Source: an uncultured Gemmatimonadales bacterium
GTDB lineage: Bacteria > Gemmatimonadota > Gemmatimonadetes > Gemmatimonadales > GWC2-71-9
Length of the DNA: 64,000 bases
Direction of reading: 5' to 3'
NCBI GenBank assembly: GCA_963795085.1
Contig: CAWCFX010000006.1
Span: forward strand, 608,001-672,000
Shown here: positions 36,555-44,076 of the stretch, piece after piece
Layout of the letters: every line of letters begins with the position of its first letter
Position numbering within the stretch: the first letter of the stretch is position 1
Made by a program: the position numbers and the translations under genes
The notes under the pieces: generated by a model
Told to the model about the DNA's origin: nothing
The model's input: only the letters and a program-made list of their open reading frames with translations
Database searches by the model: none

Positions 36555-37778
36555 ATGGCGCTTTCCTTCCGCCACCGCATCCTGCTCGTCCTTGTCCTGC
36601 TGGGCACCGTCCCCACCACGGCGGCGCTCATCGGCTGGGCGCTCACGGTCCGGGCCAACAACCCGGTGGCCGCCGGCCGGGGGGCGATCGAGCGGGTGGG
36701 GGAGTCGGGGCGGAACCTGCTGGGGAGCCTCGACACCACCCGCCTCCGCCGCAGTGAACGCGAAGCCCTGAACCGCCACAAGGCCGAGCTGAATGACGCG
36801 ATGAGCCGGGTCAACCAGGCCAGCACCTACACCCGGATCTACTCCGGGGCGCTCACCCTCCTGCTGCTCGCCTTTGGCGCGATCATTATCTATGCGTCGG
36901 TCCGGCTGGGCGGGCACCTGTCACGCCAGCTGAGCCGTCCGATGGAAGAACTGATCGGCTGGACCGGCAACATTCGAAGACACGAGCCCTTGCCCGAGGA
37001 CCAGCCGCGCCGGGGCGCCCCCGAGTTCGCCGCCCTGCGCACCGCCCTCCGCGAAATGGCCTCCAACCTGGAACAGGGCCGGGCCCGCGAACTGGAGGCG
37101 GAACGGCTTCGCACCTTCCGGGAGATCGCCCGCCGGGTGGCCCACGAAATGAAGAACCCGCTCACGCCGATCCGGTTCGCCATCGCGCAGCTCAAGCGGG
37201 ATGCCGCGCCCCATCATGCCGAAAGCCTGGACGTGATTGCCAGCGAAGCGGCCCGGCTGGAGCAGCTGGCCCGTGAATTCACCGACTTTGGACGGCTTCC
37301 GGAGGGTCCGGCGGCAGACGTGGACCTGGCCGAGCTGCTGGAAGAACTGACCCGGACCTCGCTGCCGGAGGGGGTGAGCGCACGGCTGACCATCGCGCCG
37401 GGGTCTCACACGGTCACCGGCCACTACGATCCGCTCCGCCGCGCCCTGGGCAACATCCTCCGGAACGCGGTCGAGGCGATGGACGGGCGGGGCCATCTCG
37501 AACTGGCGACCGGCGAGCGGGACGGGGGTGTGGTGGTCTCGGTGGCCGATCACGGGCCGGGCATTCTTCCCGAGGGGCGGGAGCATCTCTTCCAGCCATA
37601 CTACACCAGCAAGGCTGACGGCACCGGCCTGGGGCTCACCCTGGCGCAGCAGGCGGTGGAAGCGCACGGCGGCTCGATCCGGGTCCGGGACACGCCCGGC
37701 GGCGGCGCCACCTTCGAACTCTGGTTTCCGCAGGGCCCGGTGCCTCGAGGCACCCCCGCCGGGCTGGCCCCCTCGTGA
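36555..37778 (+). CDS. Sensor histidine kinase (2 TM, HAMP, HisKA, HATPase; NtrY-like H box)
   Basis: ARRVAHEMKNPLTPI, NILRNAVEA, DHGPGI, FQPYYTSK and GTGLGL. Confidence 0.93.
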   Translation: MALSFRHRILLVLVLLGTVPTTAALIGWALTVRANNPVAAGRGAIERVGESGRNLLGSLDTTRLRRSEREALNRHKAELNDAMSRVNQASTYTRIYSGALTLLLLAFGAIIIYASVRLGGHLSRQLSRPMEELIGWTGNIRRHEPLPEDQPRRGAPEFAALRTALREMASNLEQGRARELEAERLRTFREIARRVAHEMKNPLTPIRFAIAQLKRDAAPHHAESLDVIASEAARLEQLAREFTDFGRLPEGPAADVDLAELLEELTRTSLPEGVSARLTIAPGSHTVTGHYDPLRRALGNILRNAVEAMDGRGHLELATGERDGGVVVSVADHGPGILPEGREHLFQPYYTSKADGTGLGLTLAQQAVEAHGGSIRVRDTPGGGATFELWFPQGPVPRGTPAGLAPS

Positions 37779-39154
37779 CGGACCGGGTGCTCATCGTGGA
37801 CGACGAGGCCAACATCCGCCGGATGCTGGCGGCCCTGCTTCGCGCCGAAGGATACGAAGCCCTCGAGGCGGCCGGCGGGAACGCGGCGTTGCTGGCGGTG
37901 CAGCTGGGGGAGCCGGACGCGATCTTCCTGGACCTGCTGATGCCGCCGGGGCCCACCGGGCTGGAAACCCTGGCCGCCCTCCGGGAACGCCAGGTGGATT
38001 CGGCGGTCATCATGATGAGCGGCAAGGCCCAGCTCTCCGATGCGGTGCGGGCCACCCAGCTGGGCGCCTTTCAGTTCCTGGAGAAACCGCTGGGGCCGGA
38101 ATCGGTGCTGGTCACCCTGCGCAGCGCGCTCGAGTTCCAGCGTACCCGGGTGGAGAATCGCAGCCTGCGGGCGGCCATGGCTCCCCAGGGCGAACTGGTG
38201 GGCGAGAGCCGGGCGCTCAACGAGGTACGCAGCCAGATCGCCCAGGTGGCGCCCACCGAGGCCCGGGTACTGATCACCGGGGAATCGGGAACCGGGAAGG
38301 AGCTGGTGGCCGCCGCGATCCACGCGGGGAGCCGGCGGGCGGGCAAGGCGTTCATCCCGGTCAACTGCGCTGCCCTGCCCCGCGACCTGGTCGAATCCGA
38401 AATGTTCGGACACGAGCGGGGCGCCTTTACCGGTGCCACCGAGCGGCGGATCGGCCGGTTTGAACTGGCCAGCGGCGGCACCCTCTTTCTCGACGAGATC
38501 GGCGACTTGAGCCTGGAGGCGCAGGCCAAGCTGCTGCGGACCCTGGAGACGGGAGAGTTGCAGCGCCTCGGCGCCGAGACGTCCACCCGGGTCAACGTCC
38601 GCCTGGTGGCGGCAACCAACCGGAATCTGGAACAGGCGGTCGCCAGTGGCGGTTTCCGCGAGGATCTCTATTTCAGGGTCAACGTGTTTCCCATTGCCCT
38701 GCCGCCGCTCCGCGAACGACTGGACGACCTGCCCCTGCTGGTCCGGCACTTCGCCCGCCGGCTGCATCCACGCAACCCGCCGGCCTTTACCAACGACGCG
38801 CTGAGCCGGATGGCCATGCACCGCTGGCCGGGCAACGTCCGGGAGCTGGCCAACCTGGTCGAGCGGCTGGCCATCATGGGCAAGAACCCGGTCGACGAGG
38901 AAGACGTACGGCAGATGATTCCGGCCCGGCCGGAGGCGCCCGATACCGGCGGCGGGAGCCCGATCCCGGGGCTCTCCGGGGCGCTGGAGGAGTATGAGCG
39001 GGGGCTCATCGGCGCCGCCCTGCAGAAGTCGGCCGGGAACATCGCGGAAGCGGCCCGCCTGCTCCAGACCGACCGGGCTAACCTCTATCGCCGGATGCGC
39101 CGGCTGGGGCTCCGGGATGATCACCCTCAGAAGGACCCGCGGGAGACGGCATGA
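37775..39154 (+). CDS. Sigma54-dependent response regulator (NtrC family: REC-AAA+-HTH)
   Basis: IVDDE, phosphoacceptor LDLLMP, GESGTGKE, intact GAFTGA, FLDEIG, WPGNVREL and C-terminal HTH. Confidence 0.95.
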   Translation: MTDRVLIVDDEANIRRMLAALLRAEGYEALEAAGGNAALLAVQLGEPDAIFLDLLMPPGPTGLETLAALRERQVDSAVIMMSGKAQLSDAVRATQLGAFQFLEKPLGPESVLVTLRSALEFQRTRVENRSLRAAMAPQGELVGESRALNEVRSQIAQVAPTEARVLITGESGTGKELVAAAIHAGSRRAGKAFIPVNCAALPRDLVESEMFGHERGAFTGATERRIGRFELASGGTLFLDEIGDLSLEAQAKLLRTLETGELQRLGAETSTRVNVRLVAATNRNLEQAVASGGFREDLYFRVNVFPIALPPLRERLDDLPLLVRHFARRLHPRNPPAFTNDALSRMAMHRWPGNVRELANLVERLAIMGKNPVDEEDVRQMIPARPEAPDTGGGSPIPGLSGALEEYERGLIGAALQKSAGNIAEAARLLQTDRANLYRRMRRLGLRDDHPQKDPRETA

Positions 39155-40878
39155 AACGGTTGCTCTTCGCCCTGCTCCTGGCCGCCGCGCCGGCCCTGGC
39201 GGCGCAGGACAGCGTCATCGTGATCGACCCGGACGCGGCGCCGGATTCCACCGAGCGCCAGGCGATGCCGGAGACCCTGCTGCGGGAGTTGCTCGCCACC
39301 TATAACAGCGCCGCCACCACCCGGTTCTGGGGCGACGTGGACCTGCGGGCGGGGAGCCGGATCACCGGTACCATCGCGGTGTATCGCGGATCGGTGCGGC
39401 TCGCGGGCACGGTCGAGGGCTCCCTGACGATCATCAACGGCAGCCTCCTGATGCTGCCCGGCTCCGCCGTGACCGGCAACGTGCTGGTGGTCGGCGGCCG
39501 CCTGACGGTGAGTGAGGGCGCCTCCATCGGCGGGCGCCGCGAGGAGTACTGGGACGCCGCGCCGCTGGTGCGGGGACTGGATGGAATGCTGGTCCAGCGG
39601 GAGCGGCGGCGGTTCCCCGACCTGGCCACGGCCCGCCGCAGCTTCGAAACCGGGCGGCTCCGCGCCACCATCCTCCTGGGCACCGAAGGGACCTACAACC
39701 GGGTAGAAGGCCTGCCCATCGTCTTTGGCCCCCAGCTGGAATACCGGTTCAGCGACCAGGTGAGCGGCCGGCTGGATGGGCGAGGCATCCTGCGGACCGC
39801 CGCGGACGATGACCAGCTCCGGGAAGATTTCGGCTATGCGGGAAGAGCGGAGTTCCGGATCAACGGCTCGCGGGGGACCGGACTGGGCATCCGGGGCTAC
39901 AGTATCATCAACCCCATCGAGGACCACCCGTTCGCCCGGGACGAGGTCGGCTGGTCGGCTTTTCTCTTCCAGCGCGACCAGCGGGACTATTTCCTGAAGA
40001 AAGGAGTGGCCGCCTACCTCTACACCTACCCGGCCGCGACCCTCCGGCTGGAAGCCTCGCTGCGCCATGACAAGGAACAGTCCACCCGTGCCAATGATCC
40101 CTGGTCGCTGTTCCGGAACAGCGACCGCTGGCGGCCCAACCCGCTGATCGACGACGGCCACTATACCACCGCCGCGCTGGCGATCGAACTCGATACCCGG
40201 AACGACCGGACCACCCCCGCGTCCGGCTGGTGGCTGGAGACCCTGGCGGAACGCAGCTGGAGCAACGACGTGGCCCCGGTGGCGCTCCCGGCCTCGGTTC
40301 GGCCGGCCATTCCCACCGCCGGCGACTACGCCTTCAACCGGCTGACCTTCGACCTTCGCCGCTACAACCGGATCGCCGCCAACCTCCGGATGAGCGCCCG
40401 GCTCATGGGATCCGGCCACCTCGGCGGGGACCCCCTGCCCGTCCAGCGGCGGGTGTCCCTGGGCGGGCCCGACCTCATGCCGGGCTACGATTTCCGGGCG
40501 ATCTCCTGCGCGCCGGACGGATTTCGGGATGCGGCCCTGCCGGCCCTGTGCGACCGCATGCTGCTGGCCCAGGTGGAATTCCGGACCCGGCTGGACCTGG
40601 GACTCGGCTACCGCTACCGGGACGAATCGCGCCAGGAAGTGGACCGCTTTATCGGGTTCGACCAGGCCGACCTGGTGGTGTTTCTCGATGGCGGGAAGGG
40701 ATGGCTCACCGGGAACGGACCGGGACGGGTTCCGGATGACCGGGTCCCTTCGCTCAGGGAATGGAAGGCCGACATCGGGGTGGGCCTGGATACCGGCGGC
40801 CTGGGGGTCTACGTGGCCCGCGCGCTTACCGATGGACAGCCTCTCCGGGTGAGCCTCCGACTCCAGCGCCGGTTCTGA
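39151..40878 (+). CDS. Outer-membrane protein: bactofilin-like beta-helix plus Omp85/BamA-TamA-like barrel
   Basis: Signal peptide, repeated G-x-V-x-G beta-helix rungs, YNRVEGL, DTRND, LGGPDLMPGY and C-terminal LQRRF. Confidence 0.7.
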   Translation: MKRLLFALLLAAAPALAAQDSVIVIDPDAAPDSTERQAMPETLLRELLATYNSAATTRFWGDVDLRAGSRITGTIAVYRGSVRLAGTVEGSLTIINGSLLMLPGSAVTGNVLVVGGRLTVSEGASIGGRREEYWDAAPLVRGLDGMLVQRERRRFPDLATARRSFETGRLRATILLGTEGTYNRVEGLPIVFGPQLEYRFSDQVSGRLDGRGILRTAADDDQLREDFGYAGRAEFRINGSRGTGLGIRGYSIINPIEDHPFARDEVGWSAFLFQRDQRDYFLKKGVAAYLYTYPAATLRLEASLRHDKEQSTRANDPWSLFRNSDRWRPNPLIDDGHYTTAALAIELDTRNDRTTPASGWWLETLAERSWSNDVAPVALPASVRPAIPTAGDYAFNRLTFDLRRYNRIAANLRMSARLMGSGHLGGDPLPVQRRVSLGGPDLMPGYDFRAISCAPDGFRDAALPALCDRMLLAQVEFRTRLDLGLGYRYRDESRQEVDRFIGFDQADLVVFLDGGKGWLTGNGPGRVPDDRVPSLREWKADIGVGLDTGGLGVYVARALTDGQPLRVSLRLQRRF

Positions 40879-40883
40879 GGACG

Positions 40884-41552
40884 ATGTCCCTCCGGACCGG
40901 CATCGCGATCCTCGCGATTCTGCTGGGGACGGCGGCCGCGGCGAAACCGCTGGACGCCCAGCAGACCCGGCAAGTCACCCTCACCGCCGGGCTGACTCCC
41001 GATACCGCCAGGACGGGACGGCGCGACCCCCAGGTCCGCACCCAGCACCTGCTCAGCGACTCCCGCCTTCTCTCCATGCTCGGGTCCGGGTTCCCGCTGC
41101 GCATGCACTACCGGGTGGAACTGTGGCGCTCCCGAAGCGGCTGGTTCGACGCCTTCGAGCGGGCGGTGGAATGGGACGTGGTGGTACGGCATGAACCGCT
41201 GCTCGACCAGTATGCGGTCACCACCCTGATGCCCGGGCGGACGCGGGAGAACCGCTACACCGGGCTGGAGGCGCTCACCCGGGCCCTCGATGGCGTCGCA
41301 TACCAGATCGCATTCCGGGTCACCGACCGGGGCGACTACTACTACAATGCCTCGCTCCAGGTCAGTACGCTCTCGGACAGCGACCTCGACGAGCTGGAAC
41401 GGTTTCTTCGGGGAGAACTGGGGCCGGCGGCCAGCGAAGGACGCAACTTCGGTGATGCGGTGGGCCGCGGCGCCACCCGGCTGCTGCTCAAGCTCGCCGG
41501 GCTGCCGAGTGTGCGGGTGGAGGGAAGGAGCGAACGGTTCAGTGTAAAGTAG
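40884..41552 (+). CDS. Exported protein, DUF4390-like
   Basis: Signal peptide and L..GFPLRMHYRVELWRSRSGWFD...HEPLLDQY pattern. Located in an NtrY/NtrX-like operon. Confidence 0.55.
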   Translation: MSLRTGIAILAILLGTAAAAKPLDAQQTRQVTLTAGLTPDTARTGRRDPQVRTQHLLSDSRLLSMLGSGFPLRMHYRVELWRSRSGWFDAFERAVEWDVVVRHEPLLDQYAVTTLMPGRTRENRYTGLEALTRALDGVAYQIAFRVTDRGDYYYNASLQVSTLSDSDLDELERFLRGELGPAASEGRNFGDAVGRGATRLLLKLAGLPSVRVEGRSERFSVK

Positions 41553-41560
41553 ATGGGGAC

Positions 41561-41698
41561 GGCCCGGAACCCGGATTGGCAGCGGGCCGGCCACTCCGCA
41601 TCACGAAGGCACGGACATAAAGCCGAGTGCTAACCCCGCCTGATCCCGAAGGCAAGGACAAATCACAGTGCTTCGTGTCAGTGGCAGGGCCAGTCGCC
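41561..41698 (-). ncRNA. Putative structured RNA/3'-UTR element (unassigned)
   Basis: Nested complementarity: GCCACT/AGTGGC, CACGAAG-G-CAC/GTG-CTTCGTG and terminal CCTTGCCT/AGGCGGGG (pairs by G-U only on the minus strand), plus a GGCCCG/CGGGCC hairpin. Confidence 0.35.
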
Positions 41699-41716
41699 GG
41701 TACCACGCGCGCAAGC

Positions 41717-42292
41717 TCAATGGCCGAGGGCGAGCCCGGTTGCCGCGCCGCCCAGCGCCCGGAGCGCATCCTTGCCGTAGAACATGCGGATGTATTTCGC
41801 CTGGGTAACCGTCAGCCGGCGCACCGCCCAGGCCAGGTGCACGAAGTGCGGCTCGTGGGGCGCGTGCAGGGGCACCATGCCACATTCCTCGGGCAAATGG
41901 TTTCCCTTCCGGGTGTTGCAGCTGCTGCACGCCGTTACCACGTTGGTCCACTCGTTCGACCCACCCCGGGAGAGCGGCACCAGGTGATCGCGGGTCAGGC
42001 ACTCGCGATGCCGCAGGTCCGCCTGGGTACGATGGCAATACTGGCAGCGGTAATCATCGCGGGCGAAGAGAAATGTGTTGGTGACCTGGCGGCGGAATCG
42101 GCGGGGGACGTGCACGAAGCGGACGAGGCGGATGATGGCAGGTTTGGGCAGCACCATCCGTGCGCTGCGAACCAGGTCGCCCTGTTCCGCCTCCACGATC
42201 TCTGCTTTTCCGTCGATGACCAGCCGCAGGGCCCGGCGCACCGGGACCATCGTGAGCGGTTCAAAGGAGGCATTTAAAGCCAGACAGCGCAC
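41717..42292 (-). CDS. HNH endonuclease with zinc-binding CxxC pairs
   Basis: CQYC, LTRDHLVPLSRGG and WTNVVTACSSCNTRKG. N-terminal LALNASFEPL. AGGAG SD. Confidence 0.9.
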   Translation of the reverse strand: MRCLALNASFEPLTMVPVRRALRLVIDGKAEIVEAEQGDLVRSARMVLPKPAIIRLVRFVHVPRRFRRQVTNTFLFARDDYRCQYCHRTQADLRHRECLTRDHLVPLSRGGSNEWTNVVTACSSCNTRKGNHLPEECGMVPLHAPHEPHFVHLAWAVRRLTVTQAKYIRMFYGKDALRALGGAATGLALGH

Positions 42293-42353
42293 GGAGACTC
42301 CTGGCCCACCGGGCCATTCGCGTTGGAATGATACTGTAAGTCCCAGTCCCTGA

Positions 42354-42383
42354 ATGCTAAGAAGGAATGGCAGCCGGGGGCAA
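42354..42383 (-). promoter_or_regulatory. Putative sigma70 promoter for the HNH gene
   Basis: TTGCCC-N18-TAGCAT on the minus strand in the argR-HNH gap. Confidence 0.45.
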
Positions 42384-42391
42384 GGTGAGCG

Positions 42392-42838
42392 TCACCGGCT
42401 GCGCGCCGACGCGATCCGACGCTCCACCGCCTTGCGCCCCGTCTCCCCCCGGGTGACCAGCAGGACCTGGTCGCCTCCCGGGAGGGCGCCGATCAACTCG
42501 GGCCATCCCGCCTGGTCGAGCGCCAGGGCCACCGCCGTGGCTCCACCCGGCACGGTGCGGAGCACCAGCAGCGCCCCTACTCCTTCGAAGCTGATCAGCC
42601 AGGTTCCCAGGGTGGTGGCGAGGTCGGGCCGAACCGGGCCTTCCGCCGGGACCACGTAGAATCCGCCGCCGCCGGGGTCCACCTGCTTGGCCAGCCCCAG
42701 TTCCCGGATGTCCCGGCTCAGGGTCGCCTGCCCGACGCTGAGCCCGGCGCCGAGCAGGGCCTGGCGCAGCGCCTCCTGGTTGGGGATTCGCTGGTCCCGC
42801 ACCAGGCGCAGGATCATGCTGTGACGCTCGAGTTTCAT
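42392..42838 (-). CDS. argR: Arginine repressor family regulator (divergent C-terminus)
   Basis: QATLSRDIRELGL winged-helix motif and VLRTVPG. ATG 42838 overlaps the upstream TGA. Confidence 0.8.
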   Translation of the reverse strand: MKLERHSMILRLVRDQRIPNQEALRQALLGAGLSVGQATLSRDIRELGLAKQVDPGGGGFYVVPAEGPVRPDLATTLGTWLISFEGVGALLVLRTVPGGATAVALALDQAGWPELIGALPGGDQVLLVTRGETGRKAVERRIASARSR

Positions 42839-44076
42839 CGCCGATGCACTTCCCGGCCCGAAATGAACGTGGCCCGCACCTGGTCCGGCCGGCTGGCCAG
42901 GAGTGCCGCGGCCACGCCTTCGTCTCGGGTTCCCGGCGGCAGCTCCACGACCACGCAGTCCGCCCACTTGTCCGCCTCCAGGGTCCCGATCACCTGCCCC
43001 AGTCCGAGCGCCTCGGCACCGCCCAGCATCACCAGGTGCAGCGCCCGCTCGGGAGAAAGCGGCCCCAGGGCCGCAGCGGCCCGCACCTCGGCGAAGAGGT
43101 CCACCGGGTGGACGCTGGCCACCGAGTCGGTGCCCACGCCGAGGTCCAGTCCCGCCTCCAGGAATCGGGACAGCGGCGCGTCGCCGTGGCCGTGTCGGCG
43201 GTTGGACCGGGGACAGTGCGCGACCGAACACCGGTGCCGGACCATGCGGGCGACATCCTCCCCATCCGCATGCACCGCATGGATACAGAGCGTGGCCGGC
43301 CCGAGGACGTCGTGGGCTTCCAGCCAGGCCAGCGGGGTCCGGCCCGGACCCGCGGGCGGCGGGATCCCCCGGCTGCGCCAGTTCTCCGCGAAGCTGCCAG
43401 TCCCGGACGACAGCAAAGCCACTTCGGCGGCTGATTCCCCGATATGGACCGCGATGGGCAGTTCTTCCTCCCGGGCAAAGGCGGCGACCTGGCGATACAG
43501 GGCGCCGCTCACCGAGTACGGCGCGTGCGGCGATACGCCGAGAAACACCCGCTCGGTTTGCGCGGGCCGGAGAGCCAGCACCCGGGTGCGGAACCCGGCG
43601 AACTGGGCCTCCGCCTGCGCCGGGTCGGGCCCGAAGACTTCGAGGTAGGCGATGCCGCTTCCCTGCCCTTCCACGAGCGCCTGGAACCCCGCGCCCGAGT
43701 CACCGGTATCGGCCACCGTCGTGACCCCGGCGGCATGGCATTCCCAGAGACCCCGCCGGGCCGCAGCCAGGAAGTCCACTCCTGACCGTTCCGCCTTGAG
43801 CCGGATGACCGTACGGATCCAGGCCGCGAAATCGCGGTCCGGGGCCTGGTTTTCAAGGCCGGTCAGCTCGAGATGGGTATGGGCGTTGACGAGCCCGGGC
43901 ATCAGCACCGAGCGGGAGAAATGCTCCGAGCGGATCAACGGGCTGCCGGGCACCGTGTGGTCCGGGCCGGCGGCCAGGATGCGGCCGTGACTGTCGGTGA
44001 GAAGGCTGCCAAATGAAATGATGTCGCCGGCGCCGGTATAGAGCCAGTCGGCGGAGAGGCGGACCGGCGTGCTAAT
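42835..44076 (-). CDS. Metal-dependent amidohydrolase (deaminase-like)
   Basis: PGLVNAHTHLE, SPHAPYS, VHIGES, HCPRSN, GTDS and GTLEADKWAD. The homologous N-terminal strands extend upstream of GTG 43953. Start uncertain (ATT 44076 proposed). Confidence 0.88.
   Translation of the reverse strand: MSTPVRLSADWLYTGAGDIISFGSLLTDSHGRILAAGPDHTVPGSPLIRSEHFSRSVLMPGLVNAHTHLELTGLENQAPDRDFAAWIRTVIRLKAERSGVDFLAAARRGLWECHAAGVTTVADTGDSGAGFQALVEGQGSGIAYLEVFGPDPAQAEAQFAGFRTRVLALRPAQTERVFLGVSPHAPYSVSGALYRQVAAFAREEELPIAVHIGESAAEVALLSSGTGSFAENWRSRGIPPPAGPGRTPLAWLEAHDVLGPATLCIHAVHADGEDVARMVRHRCSVAHCPRSNRRHGHGDAPLSRFLEAGLDLGVGTDSVASVHPVDLFAEVRAAAALGPLSPERALHLVMLGGAEALGLGQVIGTLEADKWADCVVVELPPGTRDEGVAAALLASRPDQVRATFISGREVHRR

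Noticed and set aside
36555..39154. Naming the two-component pair prsK/prsR
   Set aside because: The kinase is short (407 aa, 2 TM + HAMP) and lacks the large multi-TM/GAF region of PrsK. Orthology cannot be shown by eye.
41606..41633. CIRCE element (GAGTGCTAA half-site)
   Set aside because: Only one half matches, the spacing is wrong, and it lies between convergent gene ends with no downstream heat-shock gene.
41553..41716. tRNA, tmRNA, SRP RNA or a known riboswitch
   Set aside because: No T-loop/CCA end, SRP GGAA-loop motif or TPP/cobalamin core was recognisable. Left as an unassigned structure.
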